Positions 47,810 to 58,192 are shown, numbered from the stretch's first letter. The stretch: 64,000 nucleotides of DNA from Spirochaetia bacterium (GCA_963662265.2 CAXXHA010000035.1:128001-192000), one strand, 5' to 3'. Numbers and translations: made by a program. The notes: generated from the letters alone by a model not told the origin.

Positions 47810-48394
47810 ATGTTTAAAAAAATGATTATTGTTTTTGCAGCCTTTTTTGTTATTACTGCATGCGGATCCTCTCCAGCTCCAGCTCTTCTTGCAGCGCCTT
47901 CCCCTCACCCGCAAAAGCAGAATACAGATGTTCCCCAGTTTTTTCTACTGCCTCCTGTTGCAGAAGATGCGTTCTACGGGGTTGGATCTGCAAAAATGTC
48001 ATCAATTGATATGTCAAAGACAATGTCTATCTCAAGAGCGCGTGATGATATTGCAAGACAGGTAAATCTTCAGGTTAAGAATGCAATCACAGATTATGCA
48101 CAGGAAGCTGGAGCAAACAGTTCACAGACAATAAAGTTTGTTGAAACAGTTTCCCGGCAGATAGCAGAAGCAAAACTTCAGGGAGCAAAACCTAAGGAGA
48201 TGTATGTTTCAAAAGACGGTACAATTTATGCTCTTGTTGAATATCAGATTTCAAATTTTAAATCAGATGCAGATGAAATATTTAAACGTAATGAGGAAGC
48301 TGCATTTTCTGAATTCAAGGCAGCTCAGGCTCTTGAAAAACTTGATATGGAATTAAAGAATAATCCGACTAAATCTGTTCCAGTAACAGAGTAG
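47810..48394 (+). CDS. LPP20 family lipoprotein
   Basis: Lipobox ITAC, FYGVGSA...ARDDIARQ...VKN and DGTIYALV; RBS AAGGAG. Confidence 0.8.
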   Translation: MFKKMIIVFAAFFVITACGSSPAPALLAAPSPHPQKQNTDVPQFFLLPPVAEDAFYGVGSAKMSSIDMSKTMSISRARDDIARQVNLQVKNAITDYAQEAGANSSQTIKFVETVSRQIAEAKLQGAKPKEMYVSKDGTIYALVEYQISNFKSDADEIFKRNEEAAFSEFKAAQALEKLDMELKNNPTKSVPVTE

Positions 48395-48496
48395 TAAAAC
48401 TTGTGCCTTGATATAAGTAATGTAAGTTTTGAATTGAACTAATTAGACAAGTTTATTTAAAAATGTGAATAATAAATAAAATTATAGAGGATTATT

Positions 48497-49291
48497 ATGT
48501 TTACAATCAGTACAAGAAAAGATTATTCCGATGCAGATAAGATATCTGATATTGATCACTTTAGAGAAGTAGATACTGATACATTATCATACGGGAAAAA
48601 AATAAATTTATATAATTTGATTACAGCTAATGAAAAAGTCTTAATCCTTGTACATGGTTACAATAATGTATTGGAAGATACGCTTGAAGCATACCGTCAT
48701 ATACATCAAAGAATTTTTGATTACTCTGTAGGGTATGATAGAGTTATAGGATTTCTGTGGCCAGGGGGTGATTCAAAACTTGATTATCATGTTCCCAGGC
48801 AAAGAACAAAAGAAATTGCACCCAGGTTTGCATATCATTTAAGAAAAATATCAAATGTCTGTAAAACAAAAGTAGATATTATGTGTCATAGTATGGGTGT
48901 GCGAGTGGTGTTTGAAGCGCTTAATTATGTTGATTTTGAAGATATCGGTAATGTTTTTACACTTGCAGCAGCTGTTGATAATGAAAAAATTGAAATAGAT
49001 GAAAAATATTTTGAACCGGGACAAAAAGCTGATAACTTATTTGTTTTTCATTCAAAGCGGGATAATGCATTAAAATATGCTTATAAACTAGGTGATTTTG
49101 ATTCCGCTCTTGGACTTACCGGACCGGAAAATCCTGCTCTTATTCTTGCACATAATAAAAATACAAGAGTAATTAATTGCAGTAAAAAAATATTTAAACA
49201 TGGTGCATACAAGTATAAGAAGGATGTGTACATAACTATAAAAAATCATCTTGAGAACAATTCATATTATCAGATATTTGATACTCTTTAA
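48497..49291 (+). CDS. DUF900 family alpha/beta hydrolase
   Basis: VHGYN, FLWP, CHSMG nucleophile, AAAVD and HGAY motifs. Confidence 0.85.
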   Translation: MFTISTRKDYSDADKISDIDHFREVDTDTLSYGKKINLYNLITANEKVLILVHGYNNVLEDTLEAYRHIHQRIFDYSVGYDRVIGFLWPGGDSKLDYHVPRQRTKEIAPRFAYHLRKISNVCKTKVDIMCHSMGVRVVFEALNYVDFEDIGNVFTLAAAVDNEKIEIDEKYFEPGQKADNLFVFHSKRDNALKYAYKLGDFDSALGLTGPENPALILAHNKNTRVINCSKKIFKHGAYKYKKDVYITIKNHLENNSYYQIFDTL

Positions 49292-49334
49292 AATTATTAA
49301 GTATTGGACAATACATTTAATCAAGGATTTATAA

Positions 49335-50264
49335 ATGATATACATAGTTTCCAACAGGCTTGTTAATCATGAAAAAAATGATGAAGAAGTCTTTTCTGAT
49401 GATTTTGACAATACCGGGTATGAGGTATTGAGGGTTGCAAGAGCTTTTTATGTTGACAGCGGCGAGTGGAGTATTGAGCTTGTTGATGAGGAATTCGGCA
49501 GAGGGAAATCTGATATCCCCCTTTATAAAATATTCAAGGAAGTTTCATTATCCGATAGAAGTTGTGTTGTATATATTCACGGTTATGATTTATCTGTAAA
49601 GGCTATTCTTGAAAAATGCATTGAAATTGAAAGGTATGGTGTAAATGTTATTCTTTTTTTATGGCCTCCAAATCCGGGCCCCCAGTTTTTATTTTCTAAA
49701 ATAAACATTTGCAAAAAAGCCCGGAAAAATGTCAGAAGATCTGTCATTGCTCTTGAAAGGTTTTTTGAAATATTATGTGACTTTTCAGAAGTTAACGGCG
49801 ATTCGGGACAGCTGAAAACACTTGCTGTTAACGGACTAGGGAACTATCTTCTTCAGTCTCTTGTTGTAAGTCCTGATTTCGATTTCCAGTGCTCAGTTTT
49901 TAAAAATATTCTTATTCACCAGGCCGATGTTGACTGTATAGGCCATGAAGTATGGCTTGATAAGCTTGGAAAAAAAAGCAGAGTGATTGTCACTATTAAT
50001 GAGACAGACAGTCTTCTTGATTATTCCAATACAGGCAGTCCTGAAAAACTCGGTAACTGTAACCGTTATATGGTGTCAAAATATGCAGGTTATTATGATT
50101 TTACAGAAGCTGATGGTGCTGAAAATGAAAACCGCCTCTGGGGTGATCCTGCGAAAAGAAACAAACATATAAGAGATTTTTTTACAGATGTTTTTACCGG
50201 TACAAAGATAAGAAGAAACGGTATAGGGTTTAACCCTGTTGATAACTGCTTTGAAGTGATATAG
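49335..50264 (+). CDS. DUF900-like alpha/beta hydrolase homolog lacking the catalytic Ser
   Basis: IHGYD, FLWP and QADVD are present, but HSxG reads NGLG. Confidence 0.72.
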   Translation: MIYIVSNRLVNHEKNDEEVFSDDFDNTGYEVLRVARAFYVDSGEWSIELVDEEFGRGKSDIPLYKIFKEVSLSDRSCVVYIHGYDLSVKAILEKCIEIERYGVNVILFLWPPNPGPQFLFSKINICKKARKNVRRSVIALERFFEILCDFSEVNGDSGQLKTLAVNGLGNYLLQSLVVSPDFDFQCSVFKNILIHQADVDCIGHEVWLDKLGKKSRVIVTINETDSLLDYSNTGSPEKLGNCNRYMVSKYAGYYDFTEADGAENENRLWGDPAKRNKHIRDFFTDVFTGTKIRRNGIGFNPVDNCFEVI

Positions 50265-50654
50265 GATTAACTCTTCCAGACTACACATCCCCGCCAAGTC
50301 TTTTTATATGCTCCGATTTCCCGATTCCTGAATAAGGATTTTCCATTACTGCCTTGTAAGATCAAAGCATTTTAACTAAAGTGATTTTTAGTTTTTTCTG
50401 ATCCATGTAATGTCTTTTTCTTCCTGTGTAGAAATATTAAGAGTACATGATATGGATAAATTTTTCTTTCAGGCTTCATTCTTAATTTCCTGTATTTTTA
50501 ATACAAAATCAATTCTTAAAAAATCATAAAAATATAATTCTTAATCAGTATGTGCGTATCGATAAACCTTGACTTTTATTTGCAAATGCTGATTAATAGT
50601 CCCGGTTGTTAAACTTTTATTCATAAATTTTTACTTATTTGAGGATTAGATAAT

Positions 50655-51344
50655 ATGAAAAAGTTGCTTTTTTTGCCGCTTATACTTGTTCTGCTGACTG
50701 CTCTAGCTATTGGTCTCGGGGCAGCTGTAAAATATGATTCAGATCCTGAATATTCGCTTGGAAGCACACTCCTTGTTGATGGTGAAGTTTCAGATGTTAT
50801 CAGCATTGAAAACAATTCCGTAACTCAGTTGAACTCAGGATCAGGTGCTGGTAATGACAGCCTGATTGGCTACAGGCTGACTGCAGGGAATTTGGCGGGA
50901 TCTTTCGCTAATGCCATATACAGTACATTTGATATAGGATCAGATGATAAATTTACATTTTCACTCGGCATCCCTTCTGAAAACTGCCTGGTATCCTTTC
51001 CTGACGGAGGCTATGTAAAATCATTCAATCCTGATGCAAGGGTAGCTGTCACAGATATTCATGCTTTCTTTTCAGACAGCAGAACTTATGATAACAAAAT
51101 CATATACGGCAGTTTTTCCGGCAGGAACAATTACAGGGCAGATCTTTACATTTATTCGACAGAAAGTACAATGCTCACCGGTTCAGTTCCTGGTGATAAG
51201 GGTTTGACCGTGTACAATGTCAAACTTATGGCCGGGTGGAACAGGGTTCTGCAGATCAAAAAAGATAATCTTCTTCTGATTACAAACGGCGAGAATAAAG
51301 AGGGTAAATGGATACGGATAAAGAAGCTTAAGATGGAGTTGTAA
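50655..51344 (+). CDS. Hypothetical exported protein
   Basis: 229-aa ORF with an N-terminal signal or anchor; RBS GAGGA. Confidence 0.7.
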   Translation: MKKLLFLPLILVLLTALAIGLGAAVKYDSDPEYSLGSTLLVDGEVSDVISIENNSVTQLNSGSGAGNDSLIGYRLTAGNLAGSFANAIYSTFDIGSDDKFTFSLGIPSENCLVSFPDGGYVKSFNPDARVAVTDIHAFFSDSRTYDNKIIYGSFSGRNNYRADLYIYSTESTMLTGSVPGDKGLTVYNVKLMAGWNRVLQIKKDNLLLITNGENKEGKWIRIKKLKMEL

Positions 51345-51367
51345 TTTCAAAAAGATAATTTATTTTT

Positions 51368-52432
51368 TCAGGCAGACAGCCTGAATATAAGCTGTGTCCT
51401 GCTTTCTGCTCCTGTTTTGTTGAAGATATTCCATACATGTCTTTTTACTGTTGATTCTGCTGTCTTCAGCCTCTGTGAAATATCCCTGTTTGAGAGGCCC
51501 TGGTAGATATATTCTATAATTTCTGCTTCCCTGTTTGTTAAACTGTACCTCTGTTTTATAGTGTTGATATCAAGTACCGGTAATCCTTGTTCATTGTGTT
51601 CATACAGAGTTACTGTGTATTGCGGTTCTCCTGGCAGAAGCAATCTGTATTCCGGTGATGAGATTATCCCCATTCTTAAATTATATCTGTATTCGTCCTT
51701 ATCCAGGTATATTTCTGATTTTCCCGGAAGACTGATCTGGTTTTTGAAAAAATTGAATCTTTCTGAAAATATTCTTGAATTTATACTGTTTCCTTTTACC
51801 GGGTTTTCCGAATATTTTTCTCCGAAAAGATTACTGAATGCCTGCTTTATTTTTTTGCCGCAGGATACAACCTCCCCGTAATTATTCAGGTAGGCAATGC
51901 AGTCGCTTCCGGTTTCTGGGTATAGTGTTTTTCTGAAACTTTCTTCCAGAAATGAAGCTGCAAAGTTGAATATTTCCACATCATTTTTTGAAAATCTGCT
52001 GCTGTTAAGACCTGCTCTCGCAACTCCGAAAAAACCTGATATCCTGTTGTTTATTCTTATTGGAACATAACAGCCGTCGGAAGCCGGTCTTGTTTTCTGG
52101 GTCTCATGAATAAATTCTCTGGAATGGGGGACTTCCTTGTCAAGAAGCTCTCTGAAAACTACTGTCCTGTTTGATTCGATCATGTTTTCAAGGATAAAGT
52201 CTTTTTCGAACAGTGATTGATATACATCATTGAATTCATCAGGATTGTTTGATATCTGCAGGTTTTCCTGTATCCTGCTGTTATTGAAAACAACAGTTGC
52301 AAAATACTGAATATCCAGAAGCCTGCAAATATCCGGGGTAAGTTCTGTCAGGAATTTCCTGTCCAGTTGTTCAGAATATATTTTATTGACAATCTTTTTT
52401 ATAATATCAGACTGCCGCTTATTGATAATCAT
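51368..52432 (-). CDS. LuxR-family HTH regulator with N-terminal GAF/autoinducer-binding-like region
   Basis: C-terminal LTNREAEII...GLSNRDIS...ESTVKRHVWNIFNK. Confidence 0.9.
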   Translation of the reverse strand: MIINKRQSDIIKKIVNKIYSEQLDRKFLTELTPDICRLLDIQYFATVVFNNSRIQENLQISNNPDEFNDVYQSLFEKDFILENMIESNRTVVFRELLDKEVPHSREFIHETQKTRPASDGCYVPIRINNRISGFFGVARAGLNSSRFSKNDVEIFNFAASFLEESFRKTLYPETGSDCIAYLNNYGEVVSCGKKIKQAFSNLFGEKYSENPVKGNSINSRIFSERFNFFKNQISLPGKSEIYLDKDEYRYNLRMGIISSPEYRLLLPGEPQYTVTLYEHNEQGLPVLDINTIKQRYSLTNREAEIIEYIYQGLSNRDISQRLKTAESTVKRHVWNIFNKTGAESRTQLIFRLSA

Positions 52433-52470
52433 AATACCTGCCTGTTGTTCACTTTAAAAAAAATTATTCA

Positions 52471-52499
52471 ATAATGTACAACTAAAGTTGTATTGTCAA
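52471..52499 (-). promoter_or_regulatory. Sigma70 promoter of the LuxR gene with a palindromic operator in the spacer
   Basis: TTGACA-N17-CATTAT; palindrome TACAAC-TAAA-GTTGTA at 52477-52492. Confidence 0.65.
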
Positions 52500-52730
52500 G
52501 CTTGAAAAAGAGTGTAAAAATATTAATACTTTTACTGCCCTGCAGTGAAAATTTAAATAAGAAAGTTGATTTAAAATTCTGGTAAAAATGTGATTAAAGG
52601 ATACAGGGTGTCATAAACGGCACCCTATATTTTTGCCTTTTTTAAGCTGAAGTCACAGTTTTATGGGCAGCTCTGCTTCAGTTTGTTCGATTTCTGAACA
52701 CAGTACTTTATTCTTTAATAAGACTTTAAA

Positions 52731-52759
52731 TTGACACAACTCACCAATATAAATATGAT
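52731..52759 (+). promoter_or_regulatory. Putative sigma70 promoter of the GDPD gene (leaderless)
   Basis: TTGACA-N17-TATGAT with 6 nt before ATG 52766; no Shine-Dalgarno. Confidence 0.7.
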
Positions 52760-52765
52760 CAGATT

Positions 52766-53476
52766 ATGATATTTGCACATAGAGGGGCATCCCGATACAG
52801 GCCGGAAAATACACTTGCAGCTTATGAATATGCTTATGAACTGGGTGCAGACGGAATTGAAATTGATGTACAGCTGAGCCGTGATAATGTTCCGGTTCTT
52901 TATCATGACTGGTCGTTTGACCGTATTACCGGGCATCAGGATCTTGTTACAGAGATGAATTCTTCTGATATAAAAAAACTTGATGCCGGATCTGCCTTTT
53001 CTGATGATTTTAAAGGTGAACAGGTCCCTTTTCTTGATGAAGCACTTTCTATTATTCCGGAAGGTAAGCTTGTTAATATAGAAATAAAAAAAACAGCCTT
53101 TGAAGACAGACCTCTCGAAGAGATTGTTCTTGAAACAGTGAGTAAACACAGGCTTGATGACCGTGTTATTATATCTTCCTTCAATCATTATTCTCTTAAA
53201 AAGGTGATGGATATAAATCCTGATGTGAAAAGGGCGCTTCTGTTTAATTCAATGCCTGTAGAGGTTGTGTCATATGCGGAGAAGTTTGAATGCTACAGTT
53301 TCCATCCAGCATTTGTTTATGTAAACCGGGAGGATGTCCTGTCTCTTAAAAAGTCGGGGATAAAAGTATATCCATGGGTCGTTGATATTCCTTTTTATGC
53401 TGAAAAACTGATCAGTATGGGTGTTGACGGCCTGATAACCAATATTCCGGATCTTCTGAAAAAACAGGCAGAGTAG
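52766..53476 (+). CDS. Glycerophosphodiester phosphodiesterase (cytoplasmic, UgpQ-like)
   Basis: AHRGAS...PENT, EIDV, HD, NIEIK, ISSF and GVDGLITN motifs. Confidence 0.94.
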   Translation: MIFAHRGASRYRPENTLAAYEYAYELGADGIEIDVQLSRDNVPVLYHDWSFDRITGHQDLVTEMNSSDIKKLDAGSAFSDDFKGEQVPFLDEALSIIPEGKLVNIEIKKTAFEDRPLEEIVLETVSKHRLDDRVIISSFNHYSLKKVMDINPDVKRALLFNSMPVEVVSYAEKFECYSFHPAFVYVNREDVLSLKKSGIKVYPWVVDIPFYAEKLISMGVDGLITNIPDLLKKQAE

Positions 53477-53655
53477 CAGTTAATAGTTCTTTTGAATTTT
53501 CAGGATATTTCCATTTTTCTGAATAACAACTATTCTTTTCAGAGCTTTAATTCATCTGAATATTTTATGGTGATTTTTTCATCTGCAGGGGTTTTTAATA
53601 ATTCTTTTTACCGGACATATATGGAAAAAATACTGTTTGATAAATATTGTGTATA

Positions 53656-54192
53656 TCAGAATTCAATGCCTTCCCTGGCATCTGTACCTTCGCTGTAGTA
53701 ATGTTTTATTTCTTTTATTTCGCTGACAAGGTCTGCTTTTTCTGCGAGGAAGCTACTGCATCCCCTTCCTGTCAGTATAAGTTCTGAAGACAGGTTCCTG
53801 CTCTTAAAGAGTTTTTTAATCTCTTTATCTGTGATCAGTCCCAGGCTGTGGGCTGTTACTGCCTCATCAAGAATTATCAGGTCATATTCCCCTTTTCTGA
53901 CAATAGTCAGGGCTTTTTCAAATCCTTCATGTTCTTTCTCTGTTTCTTCCCTGTCAGGAGTACCTTTAATAAACCTTCCGGTACCGAATTGTTCTGCTGT
54001 GATTTTCTGTTTCCCCTCAAGTGCTTTGGAAAGAAGATTGAGAGTTTTTATTTCGCTGTAATTTCCTTTTTTGATAAACTGCCCGAGATAAACAGATTTG
54101 CCTGCGCCTATTGCCCTTAATGCCAGTCCGAGCGCTGCTGTTGTTTTTCCCTTCCCGTTGCCGGTATATATATGTATGAACCCTTTTTCCAT
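53656..54192 (-). CDS. cobO: Cob(I)alamin adenosyltransferase, CobO/BtuR type
   Basis: YTGNGKGKTTAALG, QFIK, ILDE, LTGR and GIEF motifs; likely start MEKGFIH at 54192. Confidence 0.92.
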   Translation of the reverse strand: MEKGFIHIYTGNGKGKTTAALGLALRAIGAGKSVYLGQFIKKGNYSEIKTLNLLSKALEGKQKITAEQFGTGRFIKGTPDREETEKEHEGFEKALTIVRKGEYDLIILDEAVTAHSLGLITDKEIKKLFKSRNLSSELILTGRGCSSFLAEKADLVSEIKEIKHYYSEGTDAREGIEF

Positions 54193-54454
54193 ATTTATGA
54201 TTATAACCCAGGTTATAAGCTTTGTGTCCCCTCTATTCAAGAAGTACTTCAATTCAATGAAAAACAGATTTTTACCGCGAGGTCAGTTGATCATAGCTGA
54301 TTGTAAAAATCATGACAAACAGACTGCCTAATAATGATGTTGAAAGATATATGACGGGAACAGAAAATACTCTGCCTGTTCCCATGTGTATAAAGGTGTT
54401 TGTATTTTTATATATTCTGCTAATTGATTGCCGTATTTGTAAAAAATAATAATT

Positions 54455-55378
54455 CTATTGAAGATCAGTCATTGTTTTTGATTTTATGAACTCCCTGACC
54501 TCATCAAGTTCCGGTATGGATGTCATCCCTCCCTTTTTGCAGGCAGACAGGGCTGCTGCTGCGGATGAGAATCTTAAGTTATCTTCAAGGCTCATTTTTT
54601 TCAGCAGTCCGTAGGCATATGCCCCGTGAAAAATATCTCCTGCCCCTGTTGTATCAACAGCCTTGACTTCAAAAGAAGGCATGATAATAATCTCATTATC
54701 TTTTTTGTAGATCATTCCCTTCTCTCCGATTGTAATTACTATGTTATTGGGGCACAGTTTTTCCAGCATTGAAAATGCCTTCCTGTAGTTGTTGTCTGAT
54801 TGAAGATTTTCAAGGCCTGTGAATGTGCATGCAAACTTTTCCGAACATACAAGGTGGTCCACTTTCGGTGCAAGTATTTCTGTTTCACTTCTGAAAGAAC
54901 CTGCATCAAGAACAGATTCAGCGTCCGGAAAAATCTCCATAGCTCTTTCTGATGTATCAAGTTCATAGCCGTCAAAGAGAAGTACTGCCGGGTTGTATTT
55001 TTCAAAAGTCACATTGTCCGGGTTATTTATCTGGTCCAGTTTGTTCCTGTTGATAAGTGTCCTGCTCCCGTTAAGTTTGTTGACAGTGATGATTGAAACA
55101 GCGCTCTCAACTTCAGGGTCCATGAAAAGGTTTGTTGTATCAACACCCCTCTTTCTCAGTGCTTCCTCTGCACTTTTTGAATATATATCATTGCCGGTAA
55201 GGGAAACCAGTACAGATTTTTCACCCCACTTTGCAATCAGGTATGATGCATTAGCAGCAGGCCCCCCTCCGCATTCATTGAATTCATGAGACATGTATTT
55301 CATATTTTCTTCAGGATATCCGTCTATATAGGCTGTGATATCATAGGAAGTATTACCGATGCATATAATTTCATTCAT
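54455..55378 (-). CDS. PfkB family carbohydrate kinase
   Basis: GGPAAN and DTTGAGDIFHG motifs. Confidence 0.93.
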   Translation of the reverse strand: MNEIICIGNTSYDITAYIDGYPEENMKYMSHEFNECGGGPAANASYLIAKWGEKSVLVSLTGNDIYSKSAEEALRKRGVDTTNLFMDPEVESAVSIITVNKLNGSRTLINRNKLDQINNPDNVTFEKYNPAVLLFDGYELDTSERAMEIFPDAESVLDAGSFRSETEILAPKVDHLVCSEKFACTFTGLENLQSDNNYRKAFSMLEKLCPNNIVITIGEKGMIYKKDNEIIIMPSFEVKAVDTTGAGDIFHGAYAYGLLKKMSLEDNLRFSSAAAALSACKKGGMTSIPELDEVREFIKSKTMTDLQ

Positions 55379-55521
55379 TTATAAGCTCCTTTCAGAAATC
55401 TTCAGCAAATATTTGCCGTTTTAAAGCATTTTATATCAATAAAGATAAATGTTTTCGGCTGAATTATATTACGGGATAATGAGAGATAAACTAAAAAAGT
55501 TTATCAGGATCTGTTTACTGA

Positions 55522-56496
55522 CTACCCTAGCTGGTAGAAAACAGGCACAAGAATTGGCACTATCAGGGACAGCACTGCTCCGCTTGTAATTGAAAGGGGA
55601 ACAACCTTGTCTCCGCAGCTTTTTTCAATAAGCGGAAGTGTTACATCCATGCTTGTGGCCCCTGCAACACCTATGCCGATATTTGGAAAACGTGTTGTAC
55701 TGAGGAACGGTATTGAAAGAAGCGCAATAGTCTCTCTCATGATGTTTATCAAAAAACCTGCAGAACCCAGAACCGGATCTCCCATATCTGTAATTATCAC
55801 ACCTGAAAGGGAATACCAGCCGAAGCCTGATGAGAGTGCTAGTGCCTTGCCAGGGCTTATAGACAGCAGTCCTGAAACAGCGAGTCCTCCGAGCAGGGAA
55901 CCTATAATAGTTCCAGCGGGAAGCAGTATTGTATCGGGGTGAGCAAGAGCTTCCTTCAGTGTTACATTATTATGGACAAGCTGAATACCTATCATGAAAA
56001 GGAGGATGTTCAACAGCCATGATGTTATGTTTTCTCCTGTAAACTGAGGAAATGCCTTTAAAAAGAATCCTGATGCAAAACCTGCAAGAACAAGCACAAC
56101 CAGTTTTGCAGGATCTTTAAAATGTGCGATAAATGTATTTATGTAATGCTGAAGATCTTTTTTTTCAGTTTCAGCTCTGTTGTTTACTGTAAATCCAGAC
56201 TCTGTTTTTTTCCCAGAGAAAAGGTTCTGAAAGTGATATATGACTGCCAGTACAATTACAGTTCCTGCAACAGTTGCAAGAGCAAAGGTTACTGATACGA
56301 TTCCTATCTGTTTGAGCGCTCTTCCGATTTCTTCATTCCGTCCAATTCTGAATCCCATGAAAAAAAGAAGCGAGAAAAGTGATATATTTACAAGAATTTC
56401 CACTGTTTTTCCTGCCGGAACCAGTTTTAATTTTGCAACTAACATTCCTGCAAAGAGGAATAATAAAATTACTGATATAGATGTTAATGCTGCCAT
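55522..56496 (-). CDS. LysO (DUF340) family lysine exporter
   Basis: SGFGWYSLSG, NIMRE and GATSMDVTLP motifs. Confidence 0.88.
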   Translation of the reverse strand: MAALTSISVILLFLFAGMLVAKLKLVPAGKTVEILVNISLFSLLFFMGFRIGRNEEIGRALKQIGIVSVTFALATVAGTVIVLAVIYHFQNLFSGKKTESGFTVNNRAETEKKDLQHYINTFIAHFKDPAKLVVLVLAGFASGFFLKAFPQFTGENITSWLLNILLFMIGIQLVHNNVTLKEALAHPDTILLPAGTIIGSLLGGLAVSGLLSISPGKALALSSGFGWYSLSGVIITDMGDPVLGSAGFLINIMRETIALLSIPFLSTTRFPNIGIGVAGATSMDVTLPLIEKSCGDKVVPLSITSGAVLSLIVPILVPVFYQLG

Positions 56497-56502
56497 ATCA
56501 GC

Positions 56503-56531
56503 AATCTAGCATATAATTTTTTATGCTTCAA
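56503..56531 (-). promoter_or_regulatory. Putative sigma70 promoter of the LysO gene (leaderless)
   Basis: TTGAAG-N17-TAGATT with extended TG and 6 nt before the ATG. Confidence 0.5.
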
Positions 56532-56657
56532 TTATACTGAGTCTTCAACTGAATCAAATAGCTGCCTCTTATATTTATTCAAGCTTGACAGATGCAGAGT
56601 GTATATTGTTTAATTATGCTGTATAATTATTCAATACAATAAAAAAGGGGATTTTAA

Positions 56658-57419
56658 ATGAAAAAATTATTAATTTTTCTGCTTGTTCTTGCTGTTGCGG
56701 GTTCTGTATGGGCTGGCGGAAAAAAAGAAAAAACTGATGATGACGGTGTTCGTGTTATCACTATAGCTTCAGATGCTACATGGCCGCCGATGGAATTTGT
56801 TAATGAGAACAAGGAAATTGTAGGGTTCAATGTTGATCTAATGAAAGCCGCAGCAGAAGCTGGCGGATATAAAGTGGAAATTCAGAATACAGCCTGGGAC
56901 GGAATTTTTGCTGGTCTTGCTAACGGAGCCTATGATGTTGTTTGTTCTTCAGTAACAATTACTGAGGAAAGAAAGAAGAGTATGGATTTTTCTATTCCTT
57001 ATGTAAATGCCGGTCAGGTGCTTGTTGTTGAGAAAAGCAATAATTCTGATAAATCTCTTGCAGATATGAAGGGTAAAGAGGTTGGTGCTCAGATCGGAAC
57101 TACAGGCGCTATAGAAATCGGCAATACTGACGGAGTAACACTTAAAACTTATGATGAAATCGGTCTTGCAATCGCAGATCTTGCAAACGGAAGAATCTCA
57201 GGTGTTGTTGCAGACGGTCCTATAGCTGCAGACTTTGTTCTTCAGAATGCTGAATATAAAGAAAGTCTCAAAATTGTAGGCGAGCCTTTTACTGAAGAAT
57301 TCTACGGTGTTGCAATTAAAAAGGGGAACCAGGAAGTTCTTGATATAATCAATGACGGACTTAAAAAGGTTCTGGAATCTGATAAAATTGAAGAGCTTAA
57401 AGATAAGTGGCTGAGATAA
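56658..57419 (+). CDS. Polar/basic amino acid ABC transporter substrate-binding protein
   Basis: DATWPPMEF, WDGIF, TITEERKK and QIGTTG motifs. Confidence 0.94.
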   Translation: MKKLLIFLLVLAVAGSVWAGGKKEKTDDDGVRVITIASDATWPPMEFVNENKEIVGFNVDLMKAAAEAGGYKVEIQNTAWDGIFAGLANGAYDVVCSSVTITEERKKSMDFSIPYVNAGQVLVVEKSNNSDKSLADMKGKEVGAQIGTTGAIEIGNTDGVTLKTYDEIGLAIADLANGRISGVVADGPIAADFVLQNAEYKESLKIVGEPFTEEFYGVAIKKGNQEVLDIINDGLKKVLESDKIEELKDKWLR

Positions 57420-58192
57420 AAAAAACAAAAATAGAGGTTACCGACGGTACTCTTATCCCCGGGAAAGGTGAGCATTCCGTGTTTTCTGCATGGAGAATAG
57501 CCTTTTTCGGGGCTATTGCTCTGATTATTATTCTCCCGGTTGTAAAACCTGATCCCTACCTTGAAATCCTCAAGTTTATTCCTGACGGTGTTGTTGCAAC
57601 TTTCAAGGTAACAGTCCTGTCAATTCTGCTCTCTACTGCTATAGGGCTTCTTGCAGGACTTGGGCGGATTTCGAGAATTACTCTGATCAATAGAATTGCT
57701 ACTGTCTATGTCGAAGTTGTAAGGGGAATACCTCTCCTTGTGCAGCTTTTTTATATTTATTATGCTCTCGGGAAACTTGTCCAGGTGCCCCGGCTTACAT
57801 CTGCGGTTATTGCAATGGCTTTCTGCTACGGCGCATACATGGGTGAAATATTCAGGGCAGGTATTCTCTCAATTCCAAAAGGTCAGATGGAGGCATCTCT
57901 TGCACTGGGAATGAGCAGGGCTCAGGCAATGAGGAAAGTTATTCTTCCGCAGACAATAAAAGTAATACTTCCTCCTATCGGTAATGAATTTATAGCACTC
58001 CTGAAAGATTCATCTCTTGTATCTATTCTTGCAGTTTCAGACCTGTTGAGGCGGGGAAGAGAATATGCTTCAACTTCATTCATGTATTTTGAAAGTTATA
58101 CAATGGTTGCGCTGGTTTATCTTGTGATAACATTGTTTCTTTCAAGAATTGTAGCTATTATGGAAGAAAGGCTGGGACGTAATGAGAAGTAG
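57407..58192 (+). CDS. Amino acid ABC transporter permease
   Basis: [15 protein letters not shown] and LKDSSL motifs. Confidence 0.94.
   Translation: MAEIKKTKIEVTDGTLIPGKGEHSVFSAWRIAFFGAIALIIILPVVKPDPYLEILKFIPDGVVATFKVTVLSILLSTAIGLLAGLGRISRITLINRIATVYVEVVRGIPLLVQLFYIYYALGKLVQVPRLTSAVIAMAFCYGAYMGEIFRAGILSIPKGQMEASLALGMSRAQAMRKVILPQTIKVILPPIGNEFIALLKDSSLVSILAVSDLLRRGREYASTSFMYFESYTMVALVYLVITLFLSRIVAIMEERLGRNEK

Noticed and set aside
54193-54454. Cobalamin riboswitch upstream of cobO
   Set aside because: No B12-box or other conserved cobalamin riboswitch core is recognisable on the minus strand.
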